A DNA stretch of 64,000 bases from assembly GCA_976226885.1 (NCBI GenBank), contig OZ320323.1, positions 10,292,001 to 10,356,000 of the forward strand, written 5' to 3'. This DNA is from Iphione sp. A-MEVVRFRX5. Taxonomy: Eukaryota. This document shows positions 27,501 to 38,500 of this stretch, piece by piece (position 1 is the stretch's first letter; every line of letters begins with the position of its first letter). The notes under the pieces were generated by a model. That model ran no database searches and was not told where the DNA came from. It saw only the letters and a list, made by a program, of their open reading frames with translations. The position numbers were made by a program, and so were the translations under genes.

Positions 27501-28300
27501 TTTTTACTTATATCTAACATTAAAGCTGACAGACCAGTGCCATTTACTGCTTATACCTTTAGACGATCGTGATTTATATTCTTAAGATTAAACCAAGATT
27601 AAAAGCTGATAAACCAGTGCTATTTACTATTTATAAATTTAGAGGATAGAGATTCACATCCTGAAGTGTGCTAGACCAATCATGACATGGGGATTTAGTT
27701 CCTCCATGGTGCTGGACCATTCCTGGGATGCAGAATCGTCCTAGCATTAGTCATTTGTACTTACAGCTATCATTAAAGTTGACAGACCAGTGCCATATAC
27801 TACTTATACTTTCAAATGAAGGAGATTCAGATCCTTAAGGGTGCTGGACCATTTCTGAGATGGAGATTTAGTTCCTCCAGGGTGCTGGACCATTCCTGGG
27901 ATGCAGAATCACCCTAGCATCAGTCATTTTGTACTTACAGCTATCATAAAAGCTGATAGACCAGTGCCATATACTACTTATACTTTCAAATGAAGGAGAT
28001 TAAGATCCTTAAGGGTGCTGGACCATTTCTGAGATGGAGATTTAGTTCCTCCAGGGTGCTGGACCATTCCTGGGATGCAGAATCACCCCAAGAACCCCTG
28101 TCTTTGAGGGTGCTGGACCATTCCTGAGGATGCAGAATCACCCTGGCAACAGTCATATAGTACTCTGAATATGATTATTTCAGAGTCAAACACATTGTGA
28201 CAACCATGCTTCATGCTCTTCATTAACCTTTCTTGTAATGTCTGGTGGTGACTTCAGCTGATACCGATTATTTGTTACTATTCTTACTTGTTTCTTACTA

Positions 28301-28464
28301 CAGTGGAGTCTCTATTTATGACCACCACATGGGACCAAGCTCAAATGGTCTTAATGGCAAATTTGTTCTTAAATAGAGTATCAAATGTTTTTTGTTTCCA
28401 ACTAAAGTGGTCTTAAATAGAGAATGGTTGTAAAATGATATGGTCGTAAATAGAGACTTCACTG
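28301..28464. mobile_element. Tc1/mariner-type MITE, 164 bp
   Basis: ta|cagtggagtctctatttatgacca ... tggtcgtaaatagagacttcactg|ta; 24-bp TIR with TA duplication. Confidence 0.88.
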
Positions 28465-28610
28465 TATCATGAAGCTGGACAAGCGCAATGATAAACCAAT
28501 TAGGTTTTGGCCAATATAACTGCTTTCCTCCCGAATGAAAAACAATCCAATATTGTTCTAATCAGAGGTAACATCAATGATGGCTATGAGTACAGTGAGG
28601 CATAAATAAG

Positions 28611-28616
28611 TTTATT
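28611..28616 (-). terminator. Candidate polyadenylation signal (AATAAA on minus strand) for the carboxypeptidase
   Basis: tttatt on the plus strand about 750 nt past the stop codon. Positional plausibility only. Confidence 0.3.
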
Positions 28617-29360
28617 TCATATCATACAACATGATATATTAGGAAAGAAAATTCCTTTTTAATATACAGAACATAACTGTTATCACGCGATAATTAAGTG
28701 ATTATATATAAATTTTTATATACTAAAATTCATTAAATCAATTAACCAAAAGGTCATATATTCAGATTACTTTTACCTATACTAAATCACAGAGAAAGAC
28801 AGTGAGGGAAACAACCCAATAATAAACCTACTAGAACTGGTCATAATAACTTCTTAGATTTTCCTCAATACAATCTAAATGATACGAGTGTTTGGAGACT
28901 TTCGAAAAACTCTAGGGATGAATGCAGGTAAACCTTTATCTATTAACTCAGTACATAATTGTGTTCTCTGATTTCACTTCATTGTGGAAAATTAGTTATT
29001 AGAAACATACCTTGCCAGCATGGATTTTAATGATTTAATTATATTTGACCACTTAATCTTATTACTTTTATACATGTCTCTGTCTGTGTATGTCTCTTTC
29101 TTCATTTCTAAAAAACAGGTTGTTAGACACGGACCTGAGGCCACAAAATCGGTGGAAATGGCCAATGTCTTCATAAATGAGCTTCAGATGCTTCATTGAG
29201 AGTGTTATACCTGTATGCTATTAAATTCGTTCTGCCAGTACAGTCTGTGGGTTTGGTGCCGCTGCAATAAAAAATCAGTGAACATCCCACAAAATTCTCT
29301 CTACAAGTATTAGATCGGTTTTTGAAGTCCCTTCAAATGGAAACTCAGTCAACTGTCCAT

Positions 29361-29548
29361 TTAGAATTTCTCTGCTAGTAGTATTCCAAGTGTTTTGAGG
29401 CCTTCAAGTGCCTCCTGGGCAGTTGATATTATTTGATCGGCTGGTAGTAAGGTACCAAAGCGACCCCTGTCCCGCAGTTCGACGCCGAAAGAGTAGTCGA
29501 TGCCAAGGGCATCGTGGGTGTAGTCCACACTAGCACCCGAGGCCTCTC
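29361..29548 (-). CDS. Carboxypeptidase exon 11: [61 protein letters not shown]
   Basis: tgtctttcag| acceptor. Contains ASG.S.D, catalytic ELRD and LLP..QI motifs; TAA at 29361-29363. Confidence 0.97.
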
Positions 29549-32500
29549 CTGAAAGACACAGGTGAGAAAAAACTGTTATCAAAGAAGAATAACGGGTGGG
29601 TTTACAAGACGATATTTTAGTTTATACAGTCAAAACTCTTTTTCCAACCACCACTCTGGTCCGAGCTCCAATGGTCATAATAGCGAGAACGGTCGGAAAT
29701 CAAGTTTAGGAAGGGCAAGCTTGAAAATATTCTAAAAGTACTGAATTTGACGAGTTAAAGGCCAAAAAGTCCCGAATTTAACAACGTCCAAAAAGTGATG
29801 ATTTTGGAGAGTAAGAAGAAGGGCTTCTCAGTTTTTTGTTTTTAAGGTTGTAAATCGACAGTAAAATACAAGGAAAATGACCCTTAGATAGGGGGTCAGA
29901 TGCTGAAATTGGGCAGAAAGTGGTTTGGTTGGAAATGGATAACTTGGCACATTGATTATGTATAGACAGAATTTCGGTTCCAAGCTCAGTCAGATTCGGT
30001 CGGAAATCGATGCGGTCTTAAATAGGATTTTGACTGTACATGTAATGATATTTAAGCATAAGTTCTGACAATGAGCTCCGTCAGCAGGTGACAGATGTTG
30101 ACAGACTCTTTGGGATCTATGCCAGATTTCATAAGGACAGGCATCTGTTGATACGTTTCCGCATGTATACCTGTATAACATGCAATTACTGCATGGAATA
30201 CTCCCTTTACAGTTAGGAAGCTAAGACCGTACCACAACTCTGATTGGAGAATGGCGTGGTGGGAAATATATGTTATCAAGAGTGAACAGGAAGTAGAAAT
30301 CATGAAGATGGAGTGGAGGAAGACTGGTAGCCAGCCTATTGTATTGAAGAGTAGCCTATTCTATTCTATTTTGAATGCGTAGAATGGCTTTCATCGCAGG
30401 GAGAGAACGCGTGAATTAATAAAAACATTTCATTGACGAATCGATTCATTTAAATACGACTCATTACATACAGGGAGCTCGCATGAAATGTAAACATTAT
30501 ACCAGTGAGATTTATTGAGTCAATATTTCTTCTTTAAAGCCTCACATTCTTTTAGAGAAACATCGACACAAAGTTCATATACAACAATGTACACGTGTCA
30601 AAAGATGATAATTACTTATTGTCTGGTGTTAATACTTTACGGATATGAAATGTTATCTACAAACTACGGACTGCGGACTGCGGACCGTAGAAGCTTCACG
30701 GCTTTCTATGAACGGATTGTTTTATAACCTGGAGGGTGGCGGGGAGTGGGAGGGTCCCCCCAACTTACCGACTATCTGAGCTATTCGGCCTACTCTGTAC
30801 TTGCTGCCGTGCACCTTTTCAATGGAGTCGGCCGCTGCTCGGCTTATGTTCAACTGAAACCATAATAACATGAGGATTACCTGCTGAGTCAGCATTTACC
30901 TTCATGTGGGTGGACAGTTTTCAGATCAGGTGTATCGTAGAGGCACTTGTCCATGCACAGAGTGGGGATTCTTATTTTGAAGTTACCGCTTCAATGTGTT
31001 CAGTTAAAATGAGGATGTAATCTTTCTTTGTATAACTTATATCACCTGCAGACTTGGACATGGTCCAGTCTTCACTTTTTTTGAGTGCTGGGGAAACTAA
31101 AATCCTTGTATTAAACAACATTTAGCACTGGTCTCTAGGAAATATTTTAGGAATACTAGCAATTGAAGACAGGTGAAACTGGACTATGTCCAAGCCTGCC
31201 AGCATTAGGAGGCCAATAGCCAGGCATTTTTGTGGGGGAAATCGGATGATACCCTTCACACCCCTGATATCCCCTTGGCTACGGGCCTGAAAGAGGTAAA
31301 ATGAGTGATTAAGAACAGGTAGGTCTCTGGGCGGCACTCATGGGCCATTCTTGGAGTGGGGAATCCGGGTACTTGTGGCGAGTAACATGTAAACAATGGG
31401 TTGTCAAACCCTTTTTGATACATATTTCTAAAGTGTCTTGTATATTCTTTGGGATATATACATATGTTTATGGTTAACCTACATGACCAGATTAGTGTCT
31501 AAATTTATATCCTTTGTTAAAAGCAATAATTCAGTAAAAATACTACAGAGGTGAAAAGTGGGTGATAATCAGGGAGTTTCTGCATATTCTAATGTGAACT
31601 CTAAAGCCTGGTAAAAACAAACCACTGATAATTTTGACTTTTTCACTTTATCTTAATGTAGTTCTACATGTGCCTCAAACATAATGTCAGAGTTAGCATT
31701 AATGTCAATGTCAAATTATTATTATGATACAAAACAGTACAATGGCTCAAAGAGAGAAACACACTCCCTTTCACCTCCACCCCAGGCAGACTGCCCTACA
31801 TTTGACTAAGGGTACCAGCCTTATCAGCCGTTGTGACGTCATGCCCACTTGAAGAATGGGGGTATTGGACCTGAATAGGTCAATTTAACATGCACTAAGT
31901 GTTGCTAGACCCTGTGAAGGGTTCAACAGGCCCACCGAACCACACCCCCCCCCACCCACCGTTAATTCCTTATGGAAATCCATCCCGGTCCACTATTCTA
32001 CCTGTAATATTATTAAAGCTGGAGAATTCTTTAGCCAAAATTTGCGTCGGATTATATTAACATCCAAACGAACAACATAGATTCGCTTTATTCTCACAGA
32101 GAGAGTCCCCTACCCGGACGGTGGTGGTGGGAGGGGGGTGGTGGGGTGTGTGGGGGGGAGACATGCAATGTCCGCCATCTTATCATGCATTAAAGCGGTG
32201 CATGAACTGTAACGGTGATTGTATCGTTGTGAGTGCGTACCAGTTCCTCCTCGCCGGGCAGAACGGCCTGTTTCGAATATGAATAGGGAGTCATCCATAA
32301 CTGCCCGAAGTTATGGAAGGCCAAGTAGGCCACGGTGGATCCATTCTGGAGCCGGAGGAAGTCTGCCACCGACACCACTTCCGGTTCCGACATTGGTGAC
32401 GAGCCGATGTACATCCGATCGCAAGGATCCCTGGCCACAGTGATGCCCTCTGTGGGAAAGAGGAGTGCTTACACTGAACAAGCGTTGTTGGTGCCGGCAC

Positions 32501-35500
32501 CAGACAATTCAGCTCGGGCTGGTACCCTCGCCTTCCTTTGCAATGAAGCTAGCGACAGGAAACCAGTGTAACTCTAAAACACAAGTTCACACAAGAACGG
32601 TGTCATACATTTGTTAATGTTCTGGAACGGCTTTCTTGCATATTTAAGGTTTTATGATTAAAAATTAACGTTGTGATTACGTATGTTCTAAATATAACTC
32701 ACAATAAAATGCAGTTGTGCAATTCGCTGTATCCCCTCCGGGATGCCCGAAGAAATGCACGGATCAAATTTCGTATCTTTTCAGACAAGATTACATTTCT
32801 AGATATTTTTTTAAATACTTTCATGGTCATAAGCATGTGCGCAATCAATCCACAGTTATCTGATATACCATGATATTCGAAACTTGTGCTGATCGGGCAA
32901 AGTTTGTTATTGAAATACACGGCTACCCGGCTCATTGAGGTGGGAATGTGTACAGGTCTACTATATCATTGCACCGTTTTAATTAAATATGGTTCCCCAG
33001 TAATTTCTCATCAATTCCTCTTCAAATACCTACTGAGGTGCACCACATGAGCGGGTGCTTGCCTGTACGTGAGACATCTGATACCTTTCATACGAGAGAT
33101 ATATAAAAAATATCATAGACACTGGAACAAATACTTGAGTGGATGGGATGAGAGTAGTTGGGTAGTCAGTGATAAAGATAAAGTAATAATTACATTTTCT
33201 CCGTTTATATTACTACCTAATGCTGCACATTGTTTTGTCCCGTACACATCATATTCTAAAACTTCAACCATGAAAAACTATGTATTCAAAGATAGTTGAA
33301 TTCAGTAAAAATTCAATTCAAATTCGATAAAAATCATGTTTGTGTGGTCTGTCTCCTTAAGAACGTAATAGAGGCCTCTGCTTCTGCAAGTGCACTAATT
33401 ATGCGGTCCCATATCTATAACAGAAATTAATGCACCCTGTAACCGAAAAGAATCACGGTTTTGCTGTATTTGGCGCAGATCGGTTTATTAGAGACAGCAA
33501 AGGCTTTGATGTTGATCTCGAGAGAAACCTGATGAGTTGTACCTATCAATGGAGCAATGCACAGGCATACACTATGGTAGTTCTGACCGAGCTGAATGGC
33601 ATCGAAAACACTCCAAATAACCTACCACTCCAATGCACTCCCCAGTTTCTATTTAGGTCCACACCGACACACTCACTACCAAGATGCTTGTTCCGGTTTT
33701 TCCTCCACATACGATCCTGTGGAAGACACATAATAACTCTATACAGGCATGGTTTTCATTTTTCATTTTCGTTTTTATTGCATCTTTAACCAGGAATATA
33801 TTCACCTATCATGAGGACAGGGCTCTTCCATATCCTCCTAGGATAGTATACTACCATCTATTATTGAGAATTGAGAGACTGGAATACCCAGGGTTGCCCC
33901 CTACTCTTATTTCAAATAGGTTTATGAGGTCCTTTTGTGCATGAGGGACAGAATCCTATACACCCACAGCCTTTATACAAGTTGTGGACCATGTTACAAA
34001 CATTAATATTGAAATTTGCCGAAATAGAGCAAATAGATGTCTGCAACATCATACCTTGGTCCAGCTATAGTGGTAACCATCCACATTAATGATAGGTGTG
34101 ATGAACCAATCAAACTTCTGTAGTAAATCCTTGAAGTCAAGACCCTTTCTGTACTCGTCCAGGATCTACAAGGTAGAAATGAATGTAAAGTTATAAAGTG
34201 AGGAACATGGTATTAATGAGACGTAGATCTTCCTAGTGTGTTCGGCTGCTGATTAAAACCAAAATACATGTACATGCATTATGATGAATAATGCTACTAG
34301 TGAAGCAAACTACTCATCCTCTGGATTTAAAGATAAGTATGATTTATGAACACAAGCGCCTTCAGCACAAAGGAGGGGAGAGGTTACATCTGGCCAAAGT
34401 CCCTCTCAGGTTTACAACCCTTGGTTTTGCTTGACTGGACACTGTGTATGTGCTGGTATTTATACACTTTACTGAGAGAAAATAGTCCAATGTGATACTA
34501 CGCTTTTACTAAAACCATTAAAGTTCACAATTACATATACAATACTTGTATTCTTTTCCACTATTTCCATGTAATATCATGATTTTGTAGTGAAAGCCAG
34601 TCGGGCATTAACTGTATGTAAGGGAGAAAATGTTTCAATAAACAGACATTTTTACTTTCTTTACCTTGAGTGAACCAGGTGTGGTTGCACAGATTGACTC
34701 TTCTTTATTATCTTCATGAGAATTTGCCAAAGTTAAACAAGAACCACTATGATACTAACCTCTTACAGCCTTTTGCATGAGCACATTAACATGTTTATCT
34801 CTCCGTACCCATTCCATCCTTTAACGATATTTTCTTTTGCTGAACAAACTAATCAACATCATAACCAATCGGTCAAGCTACGTTCTTACCAGCCCCACTT
34901 ATATCATACCCGACAAAGCTGACTCAACAATCTATATTATAACCTATTCACACACTTCCCAACACACTCGCTGACATGTACCTTTGTAATATTTGTTAAT
35001 AGTAAGAAGTGACATCAGTTCCAGTGATCTAAATACTAAAGCATAATTCGAGAAAGAATATTAACCTTCTTTCAGATCATGATATCCAACTCACCTGATG
35101 AATGAAGTAGGTCATTGTGGCGGGCCCTACCCACTCGTTGGCATGAATGCCAGCATCCAGCCAAATTGAAGGCTTCTTTTTCTGTGGTTGAACTGAAAGC
35201 TTTCCACAAGGGAATATATTTAGTGCAGACTGAAGAGGTTAGTATTAAAGCAAATCATAGGACTAACCACTCTATTCAGATAGGTACAGTATGAAGATGT
35301 TTTACATGTGAGGCTTCTTAGCCATTGGACAAGGTGGAACCTTTTGTGTGAGGTTCAGAACGAATATTATACTGTCAGCAAGTTTTACAGGAATATTCTC
35401 AGTTGTTGCAGACAAAGAAGTGTATTGGCAGGCCCTACACAAGTCTTTTTGATGGTGCAACTTTTGTTAAATATTCTGCTCAATTCAGGCTGAATATTGC

Positions 35501-38500
35501 AGTTATAAAAAGCTAGACATACATTTTTGTGACTTGTTCATTGAGAACGCCCCAGACAAGAGGCTTAGAAAAAAACGATTGAGAAGATGATATGAGTGGT
35601 TTTTAGACCACACAATGCAGAGTTCTTATTTCATTAACCGTTTCAATCATCGCTCTTTTATGAGGGTAATATAAACCGTTGCCGTTGCTGTAAAAGAAGT
35701 AAATGTATTCAATACCTAGTGTTTATGTACAGTTTTTTTTAACGATACTCACTTTTACCGTGTAAATTGGTCTTCCTTCGACGGAATTGCCAATTTTTAT
35801 TACTGACACCATTTCTGGGGTTTCCTTCTCCATGTTCAACAGCCAAGAGACAATCTAAAATGAAACGATACCACTTCTCGGTAGAAATATGTTTATACAG
35901 CATTATAGGTGCATGTAATTGCTCATTTATATTGAGGACAATAGTCATAGAACAGAAAATCATGCAAGGACTATTAGTTTTACTGACGACACTCTCCCAG
36001 TTAAATTAATGCAACCTCTGTATAATCATTAGTAGGCATTTTTTAACTGTCATTCACTTTGATACATTCATTACACTCTGAAAATTAAGTAGCGATGTCA
36101 CACTAAATTTATAGTCAGAGAAATGTATTCAATAAATTTGTAATACTTTCTATGTATTAACATTGCCGGATCACTGAACGTCGAAGTAACAGGTAGTCCC
36201 TATGTCAGTTTTACAAATCTTGACATTGTGACAATTTTAGGTCCTCTGATTGGCCAATTCTAATTATGATGTCATAATTAGTAAAAATGCTGTCGGCACT
36301 ACCCATTACTTCAACTTTCAGCAATCCGCTCATTGTCCTAGCCTACATGAGATCTCCTGAAGACATCATTTTTACACAAGTCTGTTATTTTGTGTTTACT
36401 TCCTTATTAGTATCAAAATTGTCATAGCATCACTACACCGCAGAGTGAGAATTATACTCATCGATATTATACTGCAGAGGGTTTCGACAACACTCTGTCC
36501 ATGTGAAAGATCTTACCGTGTCCAGTGTATTATACTTGGTGAACTTCAGGCCGCTACCATCTCCGTCGTCTGCTTCGGCCTCAGCTTTTTGGTGTTCAAT
36601 AGCTTGCTGAAGGTCTGGTTCTGAGACTTCGTATTTGATGGAGTGACTCTGTAGTCGGTTACACCAATAGAAGATAAAACCCTTATTTCTAAAACAATGT
36701 GCTTCTCAGCCATCAAAAAAATGCTGATGAACATAATGAACAATTTCAATTTACAAACACTTGTTAACGGTTCGATTTATTTTTACAACAGCTTATCTGT
36801 GTATGATGTATTACCTGCAGGTAAGTATGAACAGAGGGTTTCTCAGCTGGCGGTACAAGGATTTCTACTTCACCAGTGTCAGAAGTTGGTGGATGCCAGA
36901 AATCTACCTGGAAAGAAGAATCCAGGAGGCTGAAAAGTGTGTTGACAGAATGGGTCTAAATTTCTCTGTGGGTCACAATAACACAATATTGAGCTTTTTT
37001 CGTACTAAAGTACTACTCAGAACACCACTTTGATGTTTGAGTCTGTCTCAGAGAGCGACAAAATTTCATGGTACAAAAATATTGAGGGGCTCAATGCTTC
37101 AAAATGTTCATAGGTATATATAGGTATATGCAGGTTAAACACATTACCAAGAATGTTTTAATCATGGGAGGAATGCCCACATCATCAGTTCCATACTATA
37201 TTTGATTAATTGTGTACCACTGTACTCCTGCTTTTTGTCATTTTCTGAGGCTGCCTTCATTATAACAGTATGATCTTTATATCATTACTCAGAACTAGAT
37301 CTTTTTTTCTTCCTCAGTTCTAGAATGTGTCATTTACAACACAAACAAACACATTAAACTATACTTCATTCAATTATTACAAAAGAGTTTATATGTTTCT
37401 ATTGACTGTATTTCAATACGTATATCTGTACACTTGTAAAGCTGGCATATGCAAGGTCTATTCTATGTAGCTGTGCTAAATTGATGTCTGTGAGGATGAC
37501 CAGTACCTAGACGCAGTGACCTTTGGGAATATGAATATTAATTTACTGTGTGCAGTCTACCTTGATGGAGGGGTGGATCTTTAACCTCTGAAGAACTCGA
37601 AGGTCACGTGTAGAACGTGGATATGATCGCAGGACCTGATGTCTGCAAGAGATAGGTATAGATAAAATGAAGATTCCTTGCTGTCCAGTTTGTCCCTTAA
37701 TGGCTTACAAAACAGTTTTCTAAAAACACCATACCTGGTAGGGGTAAAATAGATATGGTTCGATAGTTGACAAAGTCTTTACAGCCATTCTTAAAAAGGG
37801 GGTCCATTTGGCAATAAACTTCAACAGGTCATTGAATGAATATGGTAAGCAATTTGTGAGGTCAGTATATAAAGATACCCATGAAGAAAAATGGAGGGAT
37901 TCCCACCACCCGAGATCATTTGTTTATGTTGACCTTTAGGGTTGTCCTTTTAATCTCTTCACCGGTGACATCCCATAGGATGAACTGACCCACTACCAAC
38001 ACATCAATGTTATCAGCTAGTGGTGCTTTGCTTAAATATTTCATTATCTCTGTGAAATAGCAATTGAGGAGTTTTGCCAGTCCAGCTCCTGCTCCGGCCT
38101 CCTGCCCATTTTATGAGATCTATCCACAATCCAAAAGTGTTCAACCTCCATGCATTGAATATATACCTTCCCACGGGCCATATATCGACCAGTGGAGCTG
38201 ATGTATGTGCACCGCATACAAACAAATCAACATCTCTTGGTAGGATATATATATTATGTTAAATGTAGAGAGACTAGAAGGACAGCACAATGGTGATTGC
38301 TGAACCCTTGTGCAAACTATATTTCAGCAGCCGGCTAGAATGAGTAGCTCCTATAAAATTAATTCTATTAAACAGTGTCAAAGTATTCTGCTCGAACTAG
38401 TGAACAGAACAAAATAAATAACAGACAGACAAATTGGACAGCCTTAAATAGAGACATCTCATTCTTGACAGCTTGCTGATGTGGCAAACTTCTATCAGAA

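Larger units (their letters stand above)
20865..28163. repeat. 174-bp tandem repeat (satellite-like) array, about 30 diverged monomers, with two TE insertions
   Basis: The aaagctgac anchor recurs with spacings of 174, 215, 173, 173, 174, 174 and so on. Consensus: ctagcaacagtcatatactacttacacccaacattaaagctgacagaccagtgccatatactacttataccttcagatgatggagattcacatccttaagggtgctggaccattccaaggatggagattctcttcctccagggtgctggaccagtcttgggatgcagaatcacc. Confidence 0.97.

Noticed and set aside
20865-28163. CRISPR-like repeat/spacer reading of the array with its two inserts
   Set aside because: Units are contiguous 174-bp monomers without unique spacers. The inserts are TIR/TTAA transposons, there are no cas genes and the context is eukaryotic.
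37735-37788. [18 protein letters not shown] with a gtatgg donor as carboxypeptidase exon 1
   Set aside because: Phase 0 versus the phase-2 acceptor of exon 2, and no signal peptide. 48370-48482 fits far better.
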